Source: Parcubacteria group bacterium Gr01-1014_31 (GTDB lineage: Bacteria; Patescibacteriota; Patescibacteriia; Buchananbacterales; GWA2-38-13). Taken from it: DNA of 64,000 nt. Below the pieces are notes generated by a model. That model worked only from the letters and a program-made list of their open reading frames with translations. It ran no database searches and was not told the origin of the DNA. The position numbers were made by a program, and so were the translations under genes. The stretch lies in NCBI GenBank assembly GCA_007376135.1, contig VMFR01000002.1:221870-285869 (forward strand), read 5' to 3'. Positions 39,003-46,669 of this stretch are shown piece after piece. Each line of letters begins with the position of its first letter. The first letter of the stretch is position 1.

Positions 39003-39117
39003 ACTTCGTTCTCTCTACTCCTGCGTCTGCAGGTGCCCCCAGCTGTCCAAGGATGGTTTGGGGGCTTTTTTTAAGTTTTCCATGGTACTATTCGCGCGAA
39101 TAGTACCATGGACTTTT

Positions 39118-39624
39118 TTATTCCCCCAGCCGTTCCACCAGTTTGAGTGCGGCTTTGCCGGTCGTCAAATCGACGAGCGCGAAGGTCGCTTTGTACCACA
39201 TGCCAGCCAGGGTGCCAGGATTGAGCACGGTGCAGCTGCTGATTTTTTCTTCCCACGGCTTGTGGGTGTGGCCGTGAAAGACATAGCGGTACTTGCCCGT
39301 TGCGGCCAGTTCCTTGGCTTCCTGCGGATAGTGGACGAACGCCAGCTGCACGCCGCCGATGACGGTTTCCCCAACATCGCCGTGCAGGGTGACATGCGGG
39401 AATTGCCGGCCCATGGCGGCAAAGCCGTCGCGGTCCACGTCGCAGTTGCCGTAAACGGCGTGGATTTGTTTGGGAAATCCGTGCGCCAGCAGCGCCAAGG
39501 TTTCAGGCGTGGTAATGTCGCCGCAGTGGATGAGCGCGTCAATGGGCAGCGCGGAAAAATAACGCAAGGCCAACTGCAAATTGGCCTCGTTGTCGTGGGT
39601 GTCGGAAATAATTGCAATTATCAT
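39118..39624 (-). CDS. YfcE-like metallophosphoesterase
   Basis: SDTHDN, HCGD, GNCD, GHTH and NPG motifs. Confidence 0.92.
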   Translation of the reverse strand: MIIAIISDTHDNEANLQLALRYFSALPIDALIHCGDITTPETLALLAHGFPKQIHAVYGNCDVDRDGFAAMGRQFPHVTLHGDVGETVIGGVQLAFVHYPQEAKELAATGKYRYVFHGHTHKPWEEKISSCTVLNPGTLAGMWYKATFALVDLTTGKAALKLVERLGE

Positions 39625-39683
39625 TTTTTACCTCTCTAGGGAAGTACTTTCGGCCCCTTTTAAGGATGTCTTTCGGTACCTTT

Positions 39684-40538
39684 CTAAGAAAGGTACCGCC
39701 AAAGTCGCGCCCCGTGTCCAAATTTAGAGCATTGAGCCGTTCCTCGTCGGCTAATTTCGCTAACTCGGCCGTTGAGTGCGGGATGCGCAACGAGCGCTGC
39801 GAAGCCGGCCTTTCCGATCTTCCCCTCCCCCAGGTGCGCGTGGCGGTCCACATGCGCCCCGAAGTCGGCCTGCGAGTCATTAGCGTGGATGAGCACGAGC
39901 CGGTCCAGACCGATGGTGCGGTCAAATTTTTTCAAAGTTGCGCTCACTGCCCCAGCAGTCCGCAGGTCGTAGCCCGCCGTGAATGCGTGGCAGGTATCCA
40001 GGCAGACGCCGATCTTCCCGCGCCAGGCTGCGTTCATCTTTTCGACGTCCTTGATGTAGGCGGCAATTTCTTCAAAGGAATCACCCAAGACTGCGCCCGA
40101 ACCGGCGGCGAGCTCAATTAAAAAACGGGTCGTACCCGTATACCCGTCCAGCATTTTTATCAGCCCTTTCACCACCATCTGATGGGCAGCGGCGGCATCC
40201 ACGTCCTTGGCGCTGCCCAGATGGGTCATCAGCGCGGCGGCTCCAAGCTTTGACGCGCGTTCCAATTCTTCGCGGATGATCGCGATGGTGCCGTGGCGGA
40301 TGCGAATGTTCGCCGACGCGAAGTTGACGTAGTAGGGAGTGTGCACGTAGCAGGCCGCCTGCGCATACTTTCGCATTGCCGCGTGGAATTGCGAGAGTAT
40401 TTCGGGTGTCAGCTCCGGCGCTTTGCCGCCGCGCGGCGAACGGATGAACATTTGAAACACTTCGCAGCCGACCGCGGCCGCGTTGGCCGGTGCATTGAAC
40501 ACCCCGCCAGCGATGGAAACGTGGAGACCGAAACGCAT
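39684..40538 (-). CDS. nfo: Endonuclease IV, C-terminus apparently aberrant
   Basis: HTPYYVN, HLGS, LIE, CLDTCH, HANDS and DRH motifs. The terminal ILETP motif is missing. Confidence 0.85.
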   Translation of the reverse strand: MRFGLHVSIAGGVFNAPANAAAVGCEVFQMFIRSPRGGKAPELTPEILSQFHAAMRKYAQAACYVHTPYYVNFASANIRIRHGTIAIIREELERASKLGAAALMTHLGSAKDVDAAAAHQMVVKGLIKMLDGYTGTTRFLIELAAGSGAVLGDSFEEIAAYIKDVEKMNAAWRGKIGVCLDTCHAFTAGYDLRTAGAVSATLKKFDRTIGLDRLVLIHANDSQADFGAHVDRHAHLGEGKIGKAGFAALVAHPALNGRVSEISRRGTAQCSKFGHGARLWRYLS

Positions 40539-40546
40539 AGATGAGA

Positions 40547-40615
40547 CAATTGACTTTTGACCATTGACCGTTGACTTTTTCCGACGGTCAAATGTCAATG
40601 GTCAACGGTTAATTG
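40547..40615. repeat. Heptamer (TTGACNN) tandem/inverted repeats
   Basis: Four TTGAC units followed by inverted GTCAA units. Confidence 0.65.
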
Positions 40616-40616
40616 T

Positions 40617-40663
40617 TTACGACGGTTTTCTTGAGGTACTCCGTCACCTTACGGGAGGTGAGG
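40617..40663 (-). repeat. Diverged duplicate of the tig 3' end
   Basis: Encodes LTSRKVTEYLKKTVV* versus LVSRKVMEYLKITITSL*. Confidence 0.8.
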
Positions 40664-40726
40664 CTTTGGTTACAACGATTGTAGCATGGGTGGTGGGGCT
40701 TGCCACGGTGGGGATTTCCTCGAGCT

Positions 40727-41458
40727 TTAGCGTTGGGGCAGCGTGTTCCACAAGGCGTCAAACATGGCCGTTTGCACTTGGGTCAGTTCGTCGCTCTCCA
40801 CGACCAGAGCAACTAAATCTTTGCGGAATGAAAACATCGCGATTTTATTGCCCCAGATGAAAATGTTGCCATGGTAGCGGTAACTTTCCGGGATGATTTT
40901 CACCACCCGCAGGTGTTGGGGCCCAAGCTGCTGGCGCTCCCGAGCTTTTGGCGATTCCCGTAAGATGACTTGTACGGAAATTTTTTTTTGCACACGTTTT
41001 TTTACGAATTCGGGAAAAATTTTATCCAGGGTCGTAAAAAGATCCTCCGCGGCGCCAAACGAGCGCACCTCGCGCGCCTCTGCCAGTATTTCCTCCAAAA
41101 TCAGCTTCATCCCCAGTGTGCCTTGGTAGAACCGCACGGTCGGGCGGTGCTTGGCGGCGCCGTAGAGCGCGCGCAGTTCCGGAAAAGCCTGCTCCAATAG
41201 CTCCACCTTATCTTTGGCCAGGACAATGACTTTCTGGGGATCCTCGGCGCCGTAGTATTGGATATTTTTCTTTTTGTACGTGGAAGCAAAACCCTGCTGG
41301 CACAGACGTTCCAATAGTTCATAGCATGTTGAGCGGGGTAATCCGGATTTTCGGCTGATTTTTTGTACCGACGCCGAACCCAATTCCAAACAAGCCAAGT
41401 ACACCTTGGCTTGTTTTTCCGTTAGCCCGAAGTCTTTGAGCGTTTGTTCGAGGTTCAT
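40727..41458 (-). CDS. TrmB-family HTH transcriptional regulator (CPR type)
   Basis: GLTEKQAKVYLACLELG, RSTCYE, PTVRFYQG and IWGNKIA. Confidence 0.9.
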   Translation of the reverse strand: MNLEQTLKDFGLTEKQAKVYLACLELGSASVQKISRKSGLPRSTCYELLERLCQQGFASTYKKKNIQYYGAEDPQKVIVLAKDKVELLEQAFPELRALYGAAKHRPTVRFYQGTLGMKLILEEILAEAREVRSFGAAEDLFTTLDKIFPEFVKKRVQKKISVQVILRESPKARERQQLGPQHLRVVKIIPESYRYHGNIFIWGNKIAMFSFRKDLVALVVESDELTQVQTAMFDALWNTLPQR

Positions 41459-41486
41459 AAGAGTGTAGTATCTTTACTCATCTTTT

Positions 41487-41525
41487 TCCCCCTCTCCCTA
41501 CCCTCTCCCACCGAGGGAGAGGGGA
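41487..41525. repeat. REP-like palindrome (CCCTCTCCC..GGGAGAGGG family; also ~44603-44638 and ~45319-45346)
   Basis: Three related copies within 41.4-45.4 kb. Confidence 0.65.
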
Positions 41526-41775
41526 CAGGACAAAAGCCAATGTGCGCCTTGAATCCGCTCGGGACGATTGAACATAATACTTTTGCATCAAATTGAGTCA
41601 ATTCTGTCGGTAAAACCGACAACATTTATCTAACTTAATAATAGCTTACTTTAGCAATTTTGTCAAGTATTAACATTATATATTGACGGTTTTATAGACT
41701 AATTTACCTAATTATGGTTTACTTCACCGTTACCCTCGTGGTGAGGGTAGGCACATTAACAAGGAGGAACAATTC

Positions 41776-42168
41776 ATGGCAGAGCCTAAGGCAGCCGAGT
41801 TTACTGTTGGCGGTCTCGTTTTCGCGCTAATCCCCTTCCTTAAGGAAGGGGAAATCCATATCGACTATGACGAGCTGCTAAAGCGCGCCAAAAAGCTTAG
41901 AGCCAGCGGCTCAAAAGGCTGCCGGTTCATTCGTGATCATCTGGAAGAAATTCCTGCTGAATTTCGTTGGGAGTTTGATCTGATTTTTCCAAGCTACCGC
42001 CGCCCCGGGTTCCCGTCGCGGTTGCAAGCGTACTTCGCCGAATTCTTTTGCGGGAACAGCGGTACTTGGGTCCAAGCTTGGCGTCCGCTCAGATCCGACT
42101 ATTTCGACTATGGCGGGCACGATCGACTGGTGCGCCGGGTCAGAATGAAAAAAGGGGGAAACAAATAG
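41776..42168 (+). CDS. DGR-target-like paralogue 1
   Basis: LIPFLKEGE..RAK..HLEEIP..LIF..W..DRLVR; SD AAGGAGG. Confidence 0.75.
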   Translation: MAEPKAAEFTVGGLVFALIPFLKEGEIHIDYDELLKRAKKLRASGSKGCRFIRDHLEEIPAEFRWEFDLIFPSYRRPGFPSRLQAYFAEFFCGNSGTWVQAWRPLRSDYFDYGGHDRLVRRVRMKKGGNK

Positions 42169-42175
42169 TTAATTT

Positions 42176-42254
42176 GGGGGCGACGGCAATATTTGATCGC
42201 CCCCTCCTACCAATGGCGACAAGTAGAGCTTATCGTCAGCGGCGGGAGAAAATG
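42176..42254 (+). repeat. Structured leader element, copy A
   Basis: GGGGGCGA..TCGCCCCC-TCCTACC..GGCGGGAG. Confidence 0.75.
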
Positions 42255-42285
42255 TAAGTAGCCCTTTGACCAAAAAGGAGAATAC

Positions 42286-43110
42286 ATGGGAGAGACGGAA
42301 CAAGAGACACCGCCTCCGGTGCTGTCCACGCCGGTGGTGTACGGCCCTGTGGCGTCGCGGCGGTTGGGACGGTCGCTGGGCATCAATCTATTTACCCCGG
42401 CAAGTAAAGTCTGTACGTTCGATTGCGCGTACTGCCAGTGCGGTGCCGCCCAGCCGACGGCCACGGGCATCCTGTCGCTTGCCCGTATCAAGCGGGGACT
42501 ATCCGCCAGTTTCCGGAAATTGGTTCGGTTTGGAACGCCGATCCAGCACCTCACGTTTGCCGGTAACGGCGAGCCGACCATCCACCCTGATTTTCCCGAA
42601 ATCGTCGCCTACGTCCTGCGGTTACGCGACCGACTCCTGCCCGGAATACCGACCGCAATTTTCACGAATGGATCAGCACTCGGTACGTCGGCAATTCGGT
42701 CAGCGATCGCAAAATTGGATCGGCGGTTCCTGAAGTTGGACGCCGGTGATCCCCAAACGGCGCGGCGCGTCAATCGGAGCAAGAACTTTGCCGCGATCGT
42801 GCATTCCCTGGCGGCTGCGGCGAAGGAGATGCCGGTGGAAATTTCCACCGCCGTCATCACCGCACCTGCGAGGTTCGCCAACCTCAATTCTCTCCGAAAC
42901 CTTGGTTACGTTAGGGTTGTTCAGCGGATCAACCCGCAGCGGCTGTACCTCTACAGCATTGATCGGCCGCCCGCGGTGTCAGTCATTGAGCAGGCGTCGC
43001 CAGCAGTGTTGCTGCAGCTTGCCACCTACCTTCGGTCGCGACTCGATGTGCCAGTCCTGGTGCTCCGGTCACGGCGGACCAGGCCGTGGGCGCAGTGGAT
43101 TTGGGAGTAA
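42286..43110 (+). CDS. Radical SAM protein (Tyw1-like family)
   Basis: YGPVASRRLGRSLGINL, CTFDCAYC, GNGEPT. Confidence 0.9.
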   Translation: MGETEQETPPPVLSTPVVYGPVASRRLGRSLGINLFTPASKVCTFDCAYCQCGAAQPTATGILSLARIKRGLSASFRKLVRFGTPIQHLTFAGNGEPTIHPDFPEIVAYVLRLRDRLLPGIPTAIFTNGSALGTSAIRSAIAKLDRRFLKLDAGDPQTARRVNRSKNFAAIVHSLAAAAKEMPVEISTAVITAPARFANLNSLRNLGYVRVVQRINPQRLYLYSIDRPPAVSVIEQASPAVLLQLATYLRSRLDVPVLVLRSRRTRPWAQWIWE

Positions 43111-43127
43111 GGGAAAGGAGAAACCGC

Positions 43128-43550
43128 ATGGTGTGTGTTTCCCACGTCGCCATTTTCGTGAACAATCTCGATTTGATGGAGCGTTTCTACCAGGCGGTCT
43201 TCGGGATGTGGACGGTGTGGAAGGCGCCAAACGAGAAAGCCTACCTCACGACGGGCAACCGCGACATCTTCGCCCTACTGCACAAACCCGGCTACCGGCC
43301 GCGCCGTTACGATCTGGCGGGCATCCTCCAGGATCCGCGAGTGACGCCGAATTTCCCCCACTTTGGGGCGGTGGTTGAAACCCTTGACCATTTCACCGAA
43401 CTGATGGAACGGCTCGAGGCCACGGGAATCACCATCTACGGCCCCAAGGTCAGCCGCGATACCACCCGTTCATTCTACTTCCACGATCCGGAAGGAAACG
43501 CGGTCCAGGTTGTCTGTCCGACGCATGAGTACTTCCAACGCTCGAGGTAA
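43128..43550 (+). CDS. VOC/glyoxalase family protein
   Basis: HVAIFV..FY, HFG, YFHDPEGN. Confidence 0.88.
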   Translation: MVCVSHVAIFVNNLDLMERFYQAVFGMWTVWKAPNEKAYLTTGNRDIFALLHKPGYRPRRYDLAGILQDPRVTPNFPHFGAVVETLDHFTELMERLEATGITIYGPKVSRDTTRSFYFHDPEGNAVQVVCPTHEYFQRSR

Positions 43551-43628
43551 TTCACGGCGCACGTTCATCGTGGCCATCGTGGACAAGATCTTTCACGAGT
43601 AAACCCGGAATACCGGGTATGTACCATC

Positions 43629-43770
43629 GGGGGACGGCCGACGACACGAACGCGTGGCGATCACCGTCCCCCTCCTACCAATGGCGACAAGCTGTATTTG
43701 TCGTCAGCGGCGGGAGAAATGGATTCTCCCGTGCCCAAAGCCCGGCGTGAAAGGGTACGCACGTTGACAA
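43629..43770 (+). repeat. Structured leader element, copy B
   Basis: GGGGGACGG..CCGTCCCCC-TCCTACC..GGCGGGAG-AAATGGATTCTCCCG. Confidence 0.75.
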
Positions 43771-43787
43771 GAAAGAAAGGAAAAAGC

Positions 43788-44138
43788 ATGGGTGATTCAA
43801 AAATTGTCACATTCACCCTCGGTAACCGCGTCTATGGGCTGGTACCCATTTTCCAGGAGGCCGAGACCTACGTCAGCGATAACACGATGGTGGAGCGCGC
43901 CCAAGAGCTTGGCGCTAACCTGGACGAAGAAGACGGTCAATTCTTCATGGAACACCGGGCAGAAATTCCCGCGGAGGTTCAGAGGTCTTTACTGGTTTTC
44001 ACGGGTTGGCGCCATCCGTCTAACCCGCAGAGCTTCGCCTACATGGGCTGGGTCGGCGATAAGTGGTACCAGGCATGGTATTTGCCAGAGCTCGTCGAGT
44101 GGTGCAAGTACGATCGGCTGGTGCACTGCATCTCGTAA
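43788..44138 (+). CDS. DGR-target-like paralogue 2
   Basis: MVERA..LGANL..EIP..LVF..W..DRLV. Confidence 0.75.
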   Translation: MGDSKIVTFTLGNRVYGLVPIFQEAETYVSDNTMVERAQELGANLDEEDGQFFMEHRAEIPAEVQRSLLVFTGWRHPSNPQSFAYMGWVGDKWYQAWYLPELVEWCKYDRLVHCIS

Positions 44139-44163
44139 TCCTTTCTGAATAAGGAGAAGTGTC

Positions 44164-44520
44164 ATGGAGCAACCCGTGTGTCAGCAGTTCACCATTGCCG
44201 GCCACACCTACGGGCTCATGTCCTTCCATGAGGAAGGCGAAGGTTTGGTCAATGGGGACACGATGGTGGAGCGTGCCTTGAAGCGTGACGCCAACCTGGG
44301 CGAAGAGGACGGCGCCTTAATTTTGGAGCACCAGGACGAAATTCCCCAGAAATTCCGGGGGGAATTCTACCTGGTCTTCGCGGCCTGGCATCATCCGTCC
44401 CGCCCGCAGCGCGTCGCGTGTCTCCGCTGGAACGGCTTCCGCTGGTGCCAGGACTGGTACTGGCTCGGCAGCAGCTGGGGCGGGTATGATCGGCTGGTGC
44501 GTAAAGTCAGTATGAAATAA
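44164..44520 (+). CDS. DGR-target-like paralogue 3
   Basis: Same family. NNC-rich C-terminal codons. Confidence 0.78.
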   Translation: MEQPVCQQFTIAGHTYGLMSFHEEGEGLVNGDTMVERALKRDANLGEEDGALILEHQDEIPQKFRGEFYLVFAAWHHPSRPQRVACLRWNGFRWCQDWYWLGSSWGGYDRLVRKVSMK

Positions 44521-44542
44521 AGGGGAGATGAATAGTTCATTT

Positions 44543-44718
44543 GGGGGCGACAGCAAATACTTGATCGCCCCCTCCTACCATTGCGTTGCAATACCCAATT
44601 TTCCCTCTCCCCTTGATGGGAGAGGGTAGGGTGAGGGTGGAAATGCAGCGCAGCGGCGGGAGGAAATGGATTTTCCCGCGCCAAATGCCCGGCGCAAGTG
44701 AGCAAGTTCTTTGACTAA
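44543..44718 (+). repeat. Structured leader element, copy C (REP inserted in the inner loop)
   Basis: Same stems, with the inner stem replaced by TGCGTTGCA/TGCAGCGCA. Confidence 0.75.
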
Positions 44719-44732
44719 GGAAGGAGAAAGTT

Positions 44733-45233
44733 GTGTCCCAGTTCGATGTATTGCGGGACGCGCTCTACAGCGCTCTTCATAGTACGGACATTCCTTTCCG
44801 CGAAGACAAAGCTGAAGAAGGTTGGATCCTTGTGGAGGATGTTCCCGAGTTCGAGGTTCCCGTCGATTGTGAATCCGTTCCATTTTTCGAGAGTGGACGG
44901 CGAAGTATCTCGGGCAAGGAGATACTCCGGCGAGCCAAGGAGAATGGGGCGAACTTCGGCCAGCGGCATGCTGAACGCATCTTGTTGCACCAGCCAGGGA
45001 TTCTTGAAAGGATCTCCCGGGCGTGGAGGCGACCGCCGTGGTGGAGGAGATGGTTGGCGGCCGACCAACTACTCATTTTCCCCGGAACGATCTGGTACGT
45101 CATCGGAAGGGGCTACATGATTCCGTGCCTCTTCCGAGATGGCCCGAGTTGGCGTCTCACGTTCCAAGATCTTTCAGGGATCTATATTTCGAACTGTCGT
45201 CTGCTTCGTCCACGTTCCTGCGCCAAGCCATAG
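44733..45233 (+). CDS. DGR-target-like paralogue 4 (more divergent)
   Basis: VPFFESG..ISGKEILRRAKENGANFG..LIFPGT..CRLLR. Confidence 0.72.
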   Translation: MSQFDVLRDALYSALHSTDIPFREDKAEEGWILVEDVPEFEVPVDCESVPFFESGRRSISGKEILRRAKENGANFGQRHAERILLHQPGILERISRAWRRPPWWRRWLAADQLLIFPGTIWYVIGRGYMIPCLFRDGPSWRLTFQDLSGIYISNCRLLRPRSCAKP

Positions 45234-45260
45234 CGCAGTACGTGCATCCGGTCAATACAT

Positions 45261-45305
45261 AAACCCTCGATTTTCCGAACAAGGAGATCGAGGGTTTTTC
45301 TTTTT
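45261..45305. terminator. Terminator between the island and tig
   Basis: AAACCCTCGAT..ATCGAGGGTTT followed by a T run. Confidence 0.7.
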
Positions 45306-45378
45306 GTAGAATTTTCGGCCCTCACCCTCTCCCTTGAGGGAGAGGGTATGAAATTATAACTCCCTAAGAAGCTACCAG

Positions 45379-46665
45379 CTACAAGCTGGTGATGGTGATT
45401 TTGAGGTACTCCATGACCTTGCGCGACACCAGGACGTTTTCGACGTAGGAGCGAAATTCCGGGCTCTTGGTTCGTTCGCGGATTTCCGGGTTGCCCTCGT
45501 AGGCGGAAAATTCGCGGGCCACGGCCGCATCCACCTCGGCGTCGGAGGCCGTTACCTGCTGCTGTTTGGCAATGAGGCGCGAGATGAGCGCGCCTTTGAC
45601 ACGCTTGATGGCCTGCGGCGTGAGATCCAGGAGAAGCTGCGCGCGGTCCTTTTTGATGCTGGCCAGATACTCGTCAAAGCCGATGCCTTGGTTGCCGACG
45701 TTGTGTTCAAGCTCCGCAGCCATGGTCTTGGTTTCGGTCGTGACCAGCAGGTCGGGGATGTCGGAGAATTTGCTCTTGGCGATGAGTTCGTCCATGACGG
45801 CGCCTTCCAGCCGGTCGTCTTCGCGCTTGGCGGCTTCCTGCAGGAGGCTGGCGCGCAGTTTTTCCTTCAGGTCGGAAAGCGATGCAAATTTACCCAGGCT
45901 TTTGGCGAACTCGTCGGTCAGTTCGGGCGGCGTCAGTTCGTAAACCCCCAGCACTTTGACGCGGAATTCCACGGTTTTGCCGGCGACCGCGCGGTTGTGG
46001 TAGTCGTCGGGCAGCTTGAGTGGGAAGGCTTTTTCCTGATTGGCGGCGAGCCCGATGACCTGCTCTTCAAATCCCGGCAAAAAGCGGTTTTCGCCCAGGA
46101 CCAGCGGCAGCCGTTCGGATTGGCCATGCTCCACCGGTACGCTTTCGTGGAAGGTATCCAATCGAATCTCCACCTTGTCCTTGGCGCGCGCGGGGCGCGT
46201 GACTAGCACTTCCGTGCGGCGCATCGTCCGCAGGTCTTCCAGGGTCTTTGTCACATCGGCATCCGCGACCGTTGGCGCACGGCGCTCCACCTTGATGCGC
46301 GAAAGGTCGCTCAACTGCACCTCGGGCAGTAGGTTGACGGTGGCGCGGTAGACGACCGGGTTGCCGGGCGCGAGCTTGGTGATTCCGATCTGCGGCGAGC
46401 CGACGGATTCCAATTTGGCTTGCGCGAGCGCTTGCGGGTAGGTGCGTTTGACCGCCGCTTCTAAGGCCTCTTCCCACAGCTTGGCCTCGCCGATCTTTTC
46501 TACCATCACTTCATATGGAGCTTTGCCCGCCCGGAACCCGGGGATGGTTAGGTGCGCGGAAACAACGGCTGCGGCGCGATGGAGGAACGGTGCGTACTCG
46601 TCCGCGGTGAGCGTGACGGTCAGCTCCGCCTGCCCGCGCGGCAGTTTTTTTGCAGCGACGTCCAT
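45379..46665 (-). CDS. tig: Trigger factor
   Basis: IPGFRAGKAP signature; FKBP domain FLPGFEEQ. Confidence 0.95.
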   Translation of the reverse strand: MDVAAKKLPRGQAELTVTLTADEYAPFLHRAAAVVSAHLTIPGFRAGKAPYEVMVEKIGEAKLWEEALEAAVKRTYPQALAQAKLESVGSPQIGITKLAPGNPVVYRATVNLLPEVQLSDLSRIKVERRAPTVADADVTKTLEDLRTMRRTEVLVTRPARAKDKVEIRLDTFHESVPVEHGQSERLPLVLGENRFLPGFEEQVIGLAANQEKAFPLKLPDDYHNRAVAGKTVEFRVKVLGVYELTPPELTDEFAKSLGKFASLSDLKEKLRASLLQEAAKREDDRLEGAVMDELIAKSKFSDIPDLLVTTETKTMAAELEHNVGNQGIGFDEYLASIKKDRAQLLLDLTPQAIKRVKGALISRLIAKQQQVTASDAEVDAAVAREFSAYEGNPEIRERTKSPEFRSYVENVLVSRKVMEYLKITITSL

Positions 46666-46669
46666 GGGA

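Noticed and set aside
32380-39072. Prophage or integrative element call for the island
   Set aside because: No integrase, phage structural genes or att repeats were found.
42170-42215. Group II intron domain VI-like end (CCCCTCCTACCAAT)
   Set aside because: No domain V upstream, and the conserved pairing is with the downstream GGCGGGAG instead.
42176-44718. Repeats interpreted as a CRISPR array or integron attC sites
   Set aside because: They are separated by whole genes and vary in length, with no cas or intI gene and no RYYYAAC/GTTRRRY cores.
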